A stretch of DNA of 32,000 bases, taken from Mycobacterium tuberculosis H37Rv (GTDB taxonomy: Bacteria; Actinomycetota; Actinomycetes; Mycobacteriales; Mycobacteriaceae). Numbering within the stretch: position 1 is the first letter of the stretch; each line of letters starts with the position of its first letter. The DNA lies in assembly GCF_000195955.2 (NCBI RefSeq), contig NC_000962.3, positions 1,440,001-1,472,000 on the forward strand, read 5' to 3'. Under the pieces are notes generated by a model that saw only the letters and a list, made by a program, of their open reading frames with translations, did not search any database and was not told the origin of the DNA. A program made the position numbers and the translations under genes. Shown here one piece after another: positions 1-8,031 of the stretch.

Positions 1-751
1 AACGGCGTTGAAACTCAACGAACTGGGCCGTGTTTCGCTGCGCACCCAGGTGCCGTTGCTGCTTGACGAGTACACCCGCAACGCTAGCACCGGCTCGTTC
101 ATCCTCATTGACCCCGACACCAACGGAACGGTGGCGGCGGGCATGGTGTTACGCGACGTCTCGGCCCGCACGCCTAGCCCGAACACGGTGCGGCACAGAT
201 CGCTCGTCACTGCGCAAGATCGGCCGCCCAGGGGCAAGACGGTGTGGTTTACCGGACTGTCCGGCTCCGGCAAGTCGTCGGTGGCCATGCTGGTTGAGCG
301 GAAGCTACTCGAAAAGGGCATCTCCGCTTACGTTCTGGACGGCGACAACCTACGGCATGGCCTCAACGCCGACCTGGGCTTTTCCATGGCCGACCGCGCG
401 GAGAACCTGCGCCGGCTGTCGCATGTGGCCACACTGCTCGCCGATTGTGGCCACCTGGTGCTGGTGCCCGCGATCAGCCCCCTTGCTGAGCACCGTGCCC
501 TGGCTCGTAAAGTGCACGCTGATGCGGGAATCGACTTTTTCGAGGTGTTCTGTGACACCCCGCTGCAGGACTGTGAGAGGCGTGATCCCAAAGGGTTGTA
601 CGCCAAAGCGCGTGCGGGTGAGATCACGCACTTCACCGGGATCGACAGCCCATATCAGCGGCCCAAGAACCCAGACCTACGGCTTACGCCGGATCGCAGC
701 ATAGACGAGCAGGCGCAGGAGGTTATCGACCTGTTGGAGTCATCGTCTTAG
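1..751 (+). CDS. cysN: 3' part of bifunctional sulfate adenylyltransferase subunit 1 / adenylylsulfate (APS) kinase (CysNC); 5' end lies outside the window
   Basis: Open frame runs from the window edge to the stop at 749-751. APS-kinase P-loop GLSGSGKSS and the C-terminal CysC-like domain (DGDNLRHGLN, PYQRP) are visible in the 8..751 ORF translation. The track's TTG 'start' at 8 is internal. Confidence 0.9.
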   Translation, partial: TALKLNELGRVSLRTQVPLLLDEYTRNASTGSFILIDPDTNGTVAAGMVLRDVSARTPSPNTVRHRSLVTAQDRPPRGKTVWFTGLSGSGKSSVAMLVERKLLEKGISAYVLDGDNLRHGLNADLGFSMADRAENLRRLSHVATLLADCGHLVLVPAISPLAEHRALARKVHADAGIDFFEVFCDTPLQDCERRDPKGLYAKARAGEITHFTGIDSPYQRPKNPDLRLTPDRSIDEQAQEVIDLLESSS

Positions 752-804
752 GCCGGCCTGGTTGCTCTGCTGTCCCTGGCAAGCGGGTGGCACAATCCTG
801 AAGC

Positions 805-1290
805 ATGCGGATGTCAGCTAAGGCGGAGTACGCGGTGCGGGCGATGGTCCAGCTCGCCACGGCCGCCAGTGGCACCGTGGTCAAGACCGACGATCTGGCT
901 GCGGCCCAAGGCATACCACCGCAGTTTCTCGTCGATATCCTGACCAACCTGCGCACCGACCGCCTGGTGCGAAGCCACCGCGGTCGCGAGGGTGGTTATG
1001 AATTGGCGCGTCCGGGCACCGAGATCAGCATCGCCGACGTATTGCGCTGCATCGACGGACCGCTGGCTAGTGTCCGCGATATCGGACTTGGCGACCTGCC
1101 CTACTCGGGCCCCACTACCGCGCTGACCGACGTTTGGCGCGCGCTGCGCGCCAGTATGCGGTCGGTGCTGGAGGAGACCACGCTGGCTGACGTTGCCGGT
1201 GGCGCGCTGCCCGAGCACGTCGCCCAGCTCGCCGACGACTATCGCGCGCAGGAGAGCACGCGGCACGGCGCCTCGCGCCATGGTGACTAG
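805..1290 (+). CDS. Rrf2-family (BadM/IscR/CymR-like) transcriptional regulator, 161 aa (Rv1287-like)
   Basis: N-terminal [16 protein letters not shown] followed by a wHTH ([41 protein letters not shown]) is typical of Rrf2 proteins. Only one Cys is present in the whole protein. Confidence 0.88.
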
Positions 1291-1347
1291 CCGCCAGAGC
1301 CATCGGCAGGGCCTGCCTGAGCCAGGTGCAACCGAAGGAGTCAACGA

Positions 1348-2718
1348 ATGGTCAGCACACATGCGGTTGTCGCGGGGGAGACGCTGTCGGCGTTGGCGTT
1401 GCGCTTCTATGGCGACGCGGAACTGTATCGGCTGATCGCCGCCGCCAGCGGGATCGCCGATCCCGACGTCGTCAATGTGGGGCAGCGGCTGATTATGCCT
1501 GACTTCACGCGATACACCGTTGTTGCCGGGGACACGCTGTCGGCGTTGGCGTTGCGCTTCTATGGCGACGCGGAATTGAATTGGCTGATCGCCGCCGCCA
1601 GCGGGATCGCCGATCCCGACGTCGTCAATGTGGGGCAGCGGCTGATTATGCCTGACTTCACGCGATACACCGTTGTTGCCGGGGACACGCTGTCGGCATT
1701 GGCTGCGCGCTTCTATGGCGACGCCTCCCTATATCCGCTTATCGCCGCCGTCAATGGCATCGCCGATCCTGGCGTCATCGACGTCGGGCAGGTACTGGTC
1801 ATATTCATCGGGCGTAGCGACGGGTTCGGCCTAAGGATCGTGGACCGCAACGAGAACGATCCCCGCCTGTGGTACTACCGGTTCCAGACCTCCGCGATCG
1901 GCTGGAACCCCGGAGTCAACGTCCTGCTTCCCGATGACTACCGCACCAGCGGACGCACCTATCCCGTCCTCTACCTGTTCCACGGCGGCGGCACCGACCA
2001 GGATTTCCGCACGTTCGACTTTCTGGGCATCCGCGACCTGACCGCCGGAAAGCCGATCATCATCGTGATGCCCGACGGCGGGCACGCGGGCTGGTATTCC
2101 AACCCGGTCAGCTCGTTCGTCGGCCCACGGAACTGGGAGACATTCCACATCGCCCAGCTGCTCCCCTGGATCGAGGCGAACTTCCGAACCTACGCCGAAT
2201 ACGACGGCCGCGCGGTCGCCGGGTTTTCGATGGGTGGCTTCGGCGCGCTGAAGTACGCAGCAAAGTACTACGGCCACTTCGCGTCGGCGAGCAGCCACTC
2301 CGGACCGGCAAGTCTGCGCCGCGACTTCGGCCTGGTAGTGCATTGGGCAAACCTGTCCTCGGCGGTGCTGGATCTAGGCGGCGGCACGGTTTACGGCGCG
2401 CCGCTCTGGGACCAAGCTAGGGTCAGCGCCGACAACCCGGTCGAGCGTATCGACAGCTACCGCAACAAGCGGATCTTCCTGGTCGCCGGCACCAGTCCGG
2501 ACCCGGCCAACTGGTTCGACAGCGTGAACGAGACCCAGGTGCTAGCCGGGCAGAGGGAGTTCCGCGAACGCCTCAGCAACGCCGGCATCCCGCATGAATC
2601 GCACGAGGTGCCTGGCGGTCACGTCTTCCGGCCCGACATGTTCCGTCTCGACCTCGACGGCATCGTCGCCCGGCTGCGCCCCGCGAGCATCGGGGCGGCC
2701 GCAGAACGCGCCGATTAG
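1348..2718 (+). CDS. Cell-wall associated esterase: three N-terminal LysM domains plus a C-terminal esterase D / antigen-85-like alpha/beta hydrolase (Rv1288-like), 456 aa
   Basis: Three 51-aa repeats (VVAGDTLSALALRFYGDAEL...IADPDVVNVGQRLIMP) match the LysM pattern. The C-terminal half has LYLFHGGG and the nucleophile elbow GFSMGG. AAGGAG lies 7 nt upstream of the ATG. Confidence 0.92.
   Translation: MVSTHAVVAGETLSALALRFYGDAELYRLIAAASGIADPDVVNVGQRLIMPDFTRYTVVAGDTLSALALRFYGDAELNWLIAAASGIADPDVVNVGQRLIMPDFTRYTVVAGDTLSALAARFYGDASLYPLIAAVNGIADPGVIDVGQVLVIFIGRSDGFGLRIVDRNENDPRLWYYRFQTSAIGWNPGVNVLLPDDYRTSGRTYPVLYLFHGGGTDQDFRTFDFLGIRDLTAGKPIIIVMPDGGHAGWYSNPVSSFVGPRNWETFHIAQLLPWIEANFRTYAEYDGRAVAGFSMGGFGALKYAAKYYGHFASASSHSGPASLRRDFGLVVHWANLSSAVLDLGGGTVYGAPLWDQARVSADNPVERIDSYRNKRIFLVAGTSPDPANWFDSVNETQVLAGQREFRERLSNAGIPHESHEVPGGHVFRPDMFRLDLDGIVARLRPASIGAAAERAD
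1363..1812 (+). repeat. Three in-frame tandem 153-bp repeats encoding the LysM modules
   Basis: The motif ACGCTGTCGGC recurs at 1381, 1534 and 1687, giving a 153-bp period. By my reading, copies 1 and 2 differ at 3 of 153 nt (gaactgtatcgg vs gaattgaattgg). Copy 3 is clearly diverged. Confidence 0.9.
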
Positions 2719-2766
2719 CCGCACCACGTATACCCCGCGGGCAGGTGGCCGCTGGCCGATAGCCTC

Positions 2767-3399
2767 ATGTGTGTGAGCGTGGGCGAGTCAGTTGCGCAGT
2801 CGCTGCAACAGTGGGATCGCAAGCTGTGGGACGTGGCGATGCTCCACGCGTGCAACGCCGTCGACGAGACCGGCAGGAAGCGCTATCCCACGCTGGGCGT
2901 CGGCACTCGATTCCGGACGGCGCTACGGGATTCACTCGACATTTACGGAGTGATGGCCACGCCTGGCGTCGACCTGGAAAAGACTCGCTTCCCTGTCGGG
3001 GTGAGATCGGACTTGCTGCCGGATAAGCGCCCCGACATCGCCGACGTCCTGTATGGAATTCACCGGTGGTTGCACGGTCATGCTGACGAATCCTCGGTTG
3101 AATTCGAAGTAAGCCCGTACGTGAACGCCAGTGCCGCACTCCGCATTGCCAATGACGGCAAAATTCAGCTGCCAAAGTCCGCAATACTGGGTTTGCTGGC
3201 CGTTGCCGTGTTTGCGCCGGAGAACAAGGGCGAGGTCATTCCCCCGGACTATCAGCTCAGCTGGTATGACCACGTGTTCTTCATCAGTGTTTGGTGGGGG
3301 TGGCAAGACCATTTCCGCGAAATCGTCAACGTCGACCGGGCATCGCTGGTCGCCCTCGACTTCGGCGACCTGTGGAATGGCTGGACGCCAGTTGGGTAA
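2767..3399 (+). CDS. Hypothetical protein, 210 aa, no recognisable motif (Rv1289-like)
   Basis: Longest ORF in the region, with plausible non-repetitive amino-acid composition and a Trp-rich C-terminus. I recognise no domain. The start codon is not certain. Confidence 0.6.
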   Translation: MCVSVGESVAQSLQQWDRKLWDVAMLHACNAVDETGRKRYPTLGVGTRFRTALRDSLDIYGVMATPGVDLEKTRFPVGVRSDLLPDKRPDIADVLYGIHRWLHGHADESSVEFEVSPYVNASAALRIANDGKIQLPKSAILGLLAVAVFAPENKGEVIPPDYQLSWYDHVFFISVWWGWQDHFREIVNVDRASLVALDFGDLWNGWTPVG

Positions 3400-3419
3400 T
3401 CCTGGTCGCTTGTCGCCCC

Positions 3420-3444
3420 GCCGGGCTGGGTTAGATTGCCCGGC
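3420..3444. terminator. Candidate bidirectional hairpin between convergent genes
   Basis: GCCGGGC (3420-3426) and GCCCGGC (3438-3444) are perfect complements with an 11-nt loop. It lies between the stops of the 2767..3399 (+) and 3482.. (-) genes. There is no U-tract. Confidence 0.3.
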
Positions 3445-3481
3445 TCCTCAACCCGCCGTTTCGGCGTGCATCGTCGCCGGG

Positions 3482-5047
3482 CTAGCCGTCTCGGTCAGCG
3501 GACCGGATCGTCGACGCCGCCGCCTGCGCGGCGGCTACCTGGCCGAACGTGGACGGCGGCGGCGCTAGAGTCCCGGGGCGCTCGACGACCTCGGTCGCCC
3601 GCGCCGCGGCACCGAGAACCATGGCCCGGTCGGATTCGTCCGCGAACTCGCGCTGTGCTGCCCGCACGACCAGGGCAATTTGGGTTTGCACCGCTACACG
3701 GCGCGACGGGTCGACGCAGTTCTGGGCGACCGCGCTGAGCAGCTGCAGCAGCGCAGTGAGCACCAGCGGCTCACGCGAGCCGTAGCGGCGGATCTGGGCA
3801 CATCCGACGTGCAGGTAGGTGGCGAAGCTGGGGTACGGCAGCCAGAAGAGGAGCTCCCCGGCGCGGTCGCGGCGCACGTCGTCCGGCAGCGCCCGCGATG
3901 CCAGCACCGACTCCACGGCCGAAAGATGGTGCACGACTTGGATCGCCGTGTACGGGTCGTTGAGTGCGGGCGATAGTGCCCGCAGCGCGATATCCACCAT
4001 CTGCCGCAATCCGAAGCGGATGTCCTGCTGCAGGGTGCGCTCGAATCCGATGTGCACATGACGTAAGCAGCGTTGCGGGAAGTCAGACCCTGGCGCGCCC
4101 GGCGCGGTGCCCCTGCGCCAGCACCAGCCGAGCAGGCCCCCGGCGGTGACGTAATCGCCGACGAAGGTAACCAGCAGCGCCGTATACCGGCTGGCTGCCG
4201 CCAATTCGGCGATGTCGTCGACGTCGACGGTTTGTAGGTAACCCGAGTGCGGGGCCAACAGCGGCACCGCATCAGCCGGGGGGCTGGGCGGTGTCTCTAC
4301 TTGTCGATCCGCCGTATCCGATTCCGGATACAACTGGTCAACCAGCCCCAGCGTGCGCAGCCGCACCTTGTCCATGATCGTGTCTATCTGGATCGAGTGC
4401 ATGAGGTGGTGCAGGAAGTAGATCAGCGCGGCGATGCTGACGAATGCCAGCGCGAGTGACCCGGTGACCGCGACTTTGGGAATGAACGCCCCGCCGTCGC
4501 GGTGCTCCCCGACGGTGTGTAGCCCACCGGTGCTGTAGGCGAAGGTGCAGGCAAAGATCGCCAGCACCACCTGGTTGGGCACATCGCGCAGGAAGGTTCG
4601 TAGCAACCGCACCGAGAACTGGCTGGAGGCGATCTGTAGGGACAGCACCGTCAGCGAGAAGACGATGCCGATGGTGGTGATCATCGTGGCCGACACCACG
4701 ATCAGCACGCCTCGGGCGTCGCCTGGGGTGCCCTGAAACATCAGCTTGTCGATCAGCGTGCCGGATTTCACGGGAATCATCGACAGGACCGCTCCCGACC
4801 CCAGACCGATCGCAACGCCGAATGTCGGCAGCACCCAGACTGCGCCCTGTAAGTAATCCAGTATGGCTTTGCGACGGTTGAGCATGCTGGTTGCGGTCAC
4901 CGAATAAGCATGCACCCATCCGCGAGCACTAGGCGGAACTACGTAACACTTCGATGCGGCAGTAGAAGCATTTTTCCGCTCTCGCTTCGCCGAGCGTGCA
5001 CTCATGGCGAGTTTCCGGCCGTTAACCCCAAGTGATCGCTGCAACAC
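3482..5047 (-). CDS. Integral membrane protein with a large C-terminal soluble domain (Rv1290c-like; DUF2254 family from memory), ~521 aa
   Basis: The 569-aa ORF has 4-5 hydrophobic helices in its N-terminal third (e.g. VLIVVSATMITTIGIVFSLTVLSLQIA, GSLALAFVSIAALIYFLHHL). I chose the GTG start at 5047 because it gives 521 aa. ATG 5005 and the upstream TTG 5191 are alternatives. Confidence 0.8.
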   Translation of the reverse strand: MLQRSLGVNGRKLAMSARSAKRERKNASTAASKCYVVPPSARGWVHAYSVTATSMLNRRKAILDYLQGAVWVLPTFGVAIGLGSGAVLSMIPVKSGTLIDKLMFQGTPGDARGVLIVVSATMITTIGIVFSLTVLSLQIASSQFSVRLLRTFLRDVPNQVVLAIFACTFAYSTGGLHTVGEHRDGGAFIPKVAVTGSLALAFVSIAALIYFLHHLMHSIQIDTIMDKVRLRTLGLVDQLYPESDTADRQVETPPSPPADAVPLLAPHSGYLQTVDVDDIAELAAASRYTALLVTFVGDYVTAGGLLGWCWRRGTAPGAPGSDFPQRCLRHVHIGFERTLQQDIRFGLRQMVDIALRALSPALNDPYTAIQVVHHLSAVESVLASRALPDDVRRDRAGELLFWLPYPSFATYLHVGCAQIRRYGSREPLVLTALLQLLSAVAQNCVDPSRRVAVQTQIALVVRAAQREFADESDRAMVLGAAARATEVVERPGTLAPPPSTFGQVAAAQAAASTIRSADRDG

Positions 5048-5057
5048 TTGGCCAGAG

Positions 5058-5372
5058 GTGTTGGCGCTGCATGGGTTATCAGAAGGGGTTTCGGGGTCGG
5101 GGGGATCGGGTGGCCGATGGGGTGCAGGGGAAGTTCTGGAAGGCGCTCGAATCGGGGTTATCGCCGACGGTGTGTCCTGCTTTCCTACCAAGGCCGACTG
5201 CAGGCGGATCCGTGGCGTGCCGGTGTTCGACGGCTATACGCGGATGGTCGCCCGGCTGATGGGATCGCTCGCCGTGTTGCGGTCGGTGAGCATTCCAAAG
5301 GGCTACCGGGACTTCGGCTTTGGCAGTCTACGTGCGGTGGCGCCGAAAAACTGCCCGGACGTGAGTGGCTGA
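5058..5372 (+). CDS. Possible small hypothetical protein, 104 aa (Rv1290A-like)
   Basis: GTG at 5058 lies inside the 5004..5372 ORF. The 3' two-thirds shows G/C-rich third codon positions (gcc gac tgc agg cgg atc cgt ggc gtg ccg gtg ttc gac ggc). There are no motifs and the 5' part has weak coding signal. Confidence 0.35.
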   Translation: MLALHGLSEGVSGSGGSGGRWGAGEVLEGARIGVIADGVSCFPTKADCRRIRGVPVFDGYTRMVARLMGSLAVLRSVSIPKGYRDFGFGSLRAVAPKNCPDVSG

Positions 5373-5453
5373 GGCGGCCCAATTTCGGACTAGGATTTCT
5401 GGCCGCTGGAAGTCACTGATGACACCGTACGTCACCCTTGATCGACAAGTGCG

Positions 5454-5484
5454 GATGTGGGGACCCGTCCGGGGTCCCCACATC
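5454..5484. terminator. Strong GC-rich hairpin between convergent genes, a candidate bidirectional terminator
   Basis: GATGTGGGGACCC (5454-5466) pairs perfectly with GGGTCCCCACATC (5472-5484): a 13-bp stem with a 5-nt loop GTCCG. It starts 15 nt beyond the stop of the minus-strand DUF732 gene. No canonical U-tract. Confidence 0.5.
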
Positions 5485-5498
5485 GTGGTGGTCGCTGT

Positions 5499-5834
5499 TT
5501 AGCTCGAGGTCACGTACTGCGGGCAGTAGGCCGACGCGGCGTCAACGGCGAACGTCTTGGCGCCCTTGGCGCTCAGACCGGTCGCCTTGGCCACCGCCTT
5601 GATGACCGCTTTGGCCGAGTGACCCTCGTCGAGGGCGTCGCAGACGGCGTGCGCGTCCTTGATGGCGCGCGCTGCGCTCGGCGGAGTGATCCCGTCCGCC
5701 TGCAGCTGCGCGAGGAACGCTTCGTCGGTCGAGCTTGCGCTGGCGGTCCCGGCGAAGCCGAGTGCGGCCAGGCCCAAAGTAGCGGCAGTCAAGGTGGTGC
5801 CAACCATGGAGGCGGCGAAACGGCGAGTGAACAT
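5499..5834 (-). CDS. Secreted DUF732-family protein, 111 aa (Rv1291c-like)
   Basis: The internal ATG at 5834 is preceded by GGAGA. Signal peptide [33 protein letters not shown], and a mature domain with a conserved Cys pair (AVCDAL...SAYCPQY) typical of DUF732. The upstream 70 codons of the track ORF look non-coding. Confidence 0.85.
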
Positions 5835-6192
5835 TGATGATCTCCTTGTGCTGATGTCATCGGAGGTTGCGCTGGTTTGCGTGCCCTCAGAATCAGCACC
5901 GGGCCTTGACAGATTCTCAATAAATCCTTGGCAATATCGATACCGGTTCGACGGTGTCCCGACAGTGCAAGGAGAACGGTCCGCCATGGCTGTGCCGGAG
6001 CGCGTCAGGCGAATGAGACAACACGGAACGTGCACTCGGCGCACCGGGTCGCCAGCAACGCGGCACGCGGGGCGCCCTGGTTCTTACCCCGACGAATTTG
6101 AGAGCGAGACCACGAAGCCAACTATGCGGCCGCCCTCGCGGGTGGCGCCGATCACATTGTTGTAGCCATGCGTGAGGCTAGATCAACCCTTG

Positions 6193-6265
6193 TGCCCCCG
6201 GCAGGATTCGAACCTGCGGCCTTCTGCTCCGGAGGCAGACGCTCTATCCCCTGAGCTACGGGGGC
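6193..6265 (-). tRNA. tRNA-Arg (anticodon CCG), 73 nt, no encoded CCA
   Basis: The reverse complement folds by hand into a cloverleaf: acceptor GCCCCCG/CGGGGGC, D arm GCTC-AGGGGATA-GAGC, anticodon arm TCTGC-CTCCGGA-GCAGA (anticodon CCG), variable AGGCC, T arm GCAGG-TTCGAAT-CCTGC, discriminator A. Confidence 0.93.
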
Positions 6266-6378
6266 GCACGACGACACGTTGCGCCATGGGGCCCCGCCAG
6301 AGTAGCGCATCGCGGCTACCCACTGACCACCGCAACGGATTCGAAGCCCAACCACCTCAGCCCATAGGATGGACGTTC

Positions 6379-8031
6379 GTGACCCCCGCTGACCTGGCTG
6401 AGCTGCTCAAAGCGACCGCGGCCGCGGTGCTGGCCGAGCGCGGCCTCGATGCCTCCGCGTTGCCGCAGATGGTCACGGTGGAACGCCCGCGCATTCCCGA
6501 GCACGGCGACTATGCCAGTAACCTGGCGATGCAGCTCGCCAAGAAAGTCGGCACCAACCCGCGTGAGCTGGCCGGATGGCTTGCCGAGGCACTGACAAAG
6601 GTCGACGGTATCGCCTCGGCGGAGGTGGCCGGGCCGGGCTTTATCAACATGCGGCTGGAAACCGCCGCCCAGGCTAAAGTCGTTACCAGCGTTATCGACG
6701 CCGGCCACAGCTACGGTCACTCGCTGCTGCTGGCCGGGCGCAAGGTCAACCTGGAATTCGTCTCCGCCAACCCCACCGGACCGATCCACATCGGCGGTAC
6801 CCGTTGGGCCGCGGTCGGTGACGCGCTGGGCCGTTTGCTCACCACCCAGGGCGCCGACGTGGTCCGCGAATACTATTTCAACGACCACGGCGCCCAGATC
6901 GACCGATTCGCCAACTCCCTGATCGCCGCGGCCAAGGGCGAACCCACGCCCCAAGACGGCTACGCGGGCAGCTACATCACCAACATCGCCGAGCAGGTGC
7001 TGCAGAAGGCGCCTGACGCGCTGAGTCTGCCAGACGCAGAGTTGCGCGAGACCTTCCGCGCAATCGGCGTCGACTTGATGTTCGACCACATCAAACAGTC
7101 TCTGCACGAGTTCGGTACCGACTTCGACGTCTACACCCACGAAGACTCGATGCACACCGGCGGCCGGGTCGAGAACGCCATCGCCCGACTCCGCGAAACC
7201 GGCAACATCTACGAGAAGGACGGCGCAACCTGGTTGCGCACCAGCGCATTTGGTGACGACAAGGACCGCGTCGTGATCAAGAGCGACGGCAAACCGGCAT
7301 ATATCGCCGGTGATCTCGCCTACTACTTGGACAAACGCCAACGCGGTTTTGACTTGTGCATCTACATGCTCGGCGCCGACCATCACGGCTACATCGCCCG
7401 GCTAAAGGCCGCGGCCGCCGCCTTCGGTGACGACCCGGCCACCGTCGAGGTGCTCATTGGGCAGATGGTGAACCTGGTCCGCGACGGCCAACCGGTCCGG
7501 ATGAGCAAACGTGCAGGCACCGTGCTCACCCTCGACGACCTGGTCGAGGCGATCGGCGTGGACGCCGCACGTTACAGCCTGATCCGCTCCTCGGTGGACA
7601 CCGCGATCGACATCGACCTGGCGCTATGGTCCTCGGCGTCGAACGAAAACCCGGTCTATTACGTGCAATACGCGCATGCCCGGCTCTCAGCGCTGGCTCG
7701 CAACGCCGCCGAACTCGCCCTGATCCCGGATACAAACCACCTCGAACTGCTTAACCACGACAAGGAGGGCACGCTGCTGCGCACCCTCGGCGAATTCCCG
7801 AGGGTGCTCGAGACCGCGGCCTCCCTGCGGGAACCGCACCGGGTCTGCCGCTACCTGGAAGACCTGGCCGGCGACTATCACCGGTTCTACGACTCGTGCC
7901 GAGTGTTGCCGCAAGGCGACGAGCAGCCCACCGACCTGCACACCGCGCGCCTAGCGTTGTGCCAGGCCACCCGTCAGGTCATCGCCAACGGGCTGGCGAT
8001 CATCGGCGTCACCGCACCGGAGCGAATGTGA
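6379..8031 (+). CDS. argS: Arginyl-tRNA synthetase, 550 aa
   Basis: Class I signatures [13 protein letters not shown] (HIGH variant) and RMSKRAG (KMSKS variant), plus a DALR anticodon-binding C-terminus. GTG 6379 is used because the longer track ORF runs antisense through the tRNA gene. Confidence 0.95.

Noticed and set aside
3436-3738. 100-aa and 145-aa plus-strand ORFs overlapping the 3' end of the minus-strand membrane-protein gene
   Set aside because: Their translations are Arg/Pro/Ser-rich shadow frames of the convergent gene, with no start context or motifs.
5048-5419. 123-aa plus-strand ORF (alternative frame to the Rv1290A-like call)
   Set aside because: Its translation is extremely Arg/Gly-rich (RRGFGVGGIGWPMGCRGSSGRRSNRGYRRR), typical of an out-of-frame reading. 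The 5058..5372 frame has better third-position GC in its 3' part.
6172-6378. 69-aa N-terminal extension of argS in the ORF track (619-aa version)
   Set aside because: It runs antisense across the tRNA-Arg gene, and the ArgS N-terminal domain homology begins at GTG 6379.
6266-6378. T-box or other riboswitch leader upstream of argS
   Set aside because: Only 113 nt are available, shared with the divergent tRNA promoter. That is too short for a T-box (~200+ nt), and I see no specifier-loop or T-box consensus.
6316-7386. 356-aa minus-strand ORF antisense to argS
   Set aside because: An antisense shadow ORF of a conserved synthetase gene, with no recognisable domain.
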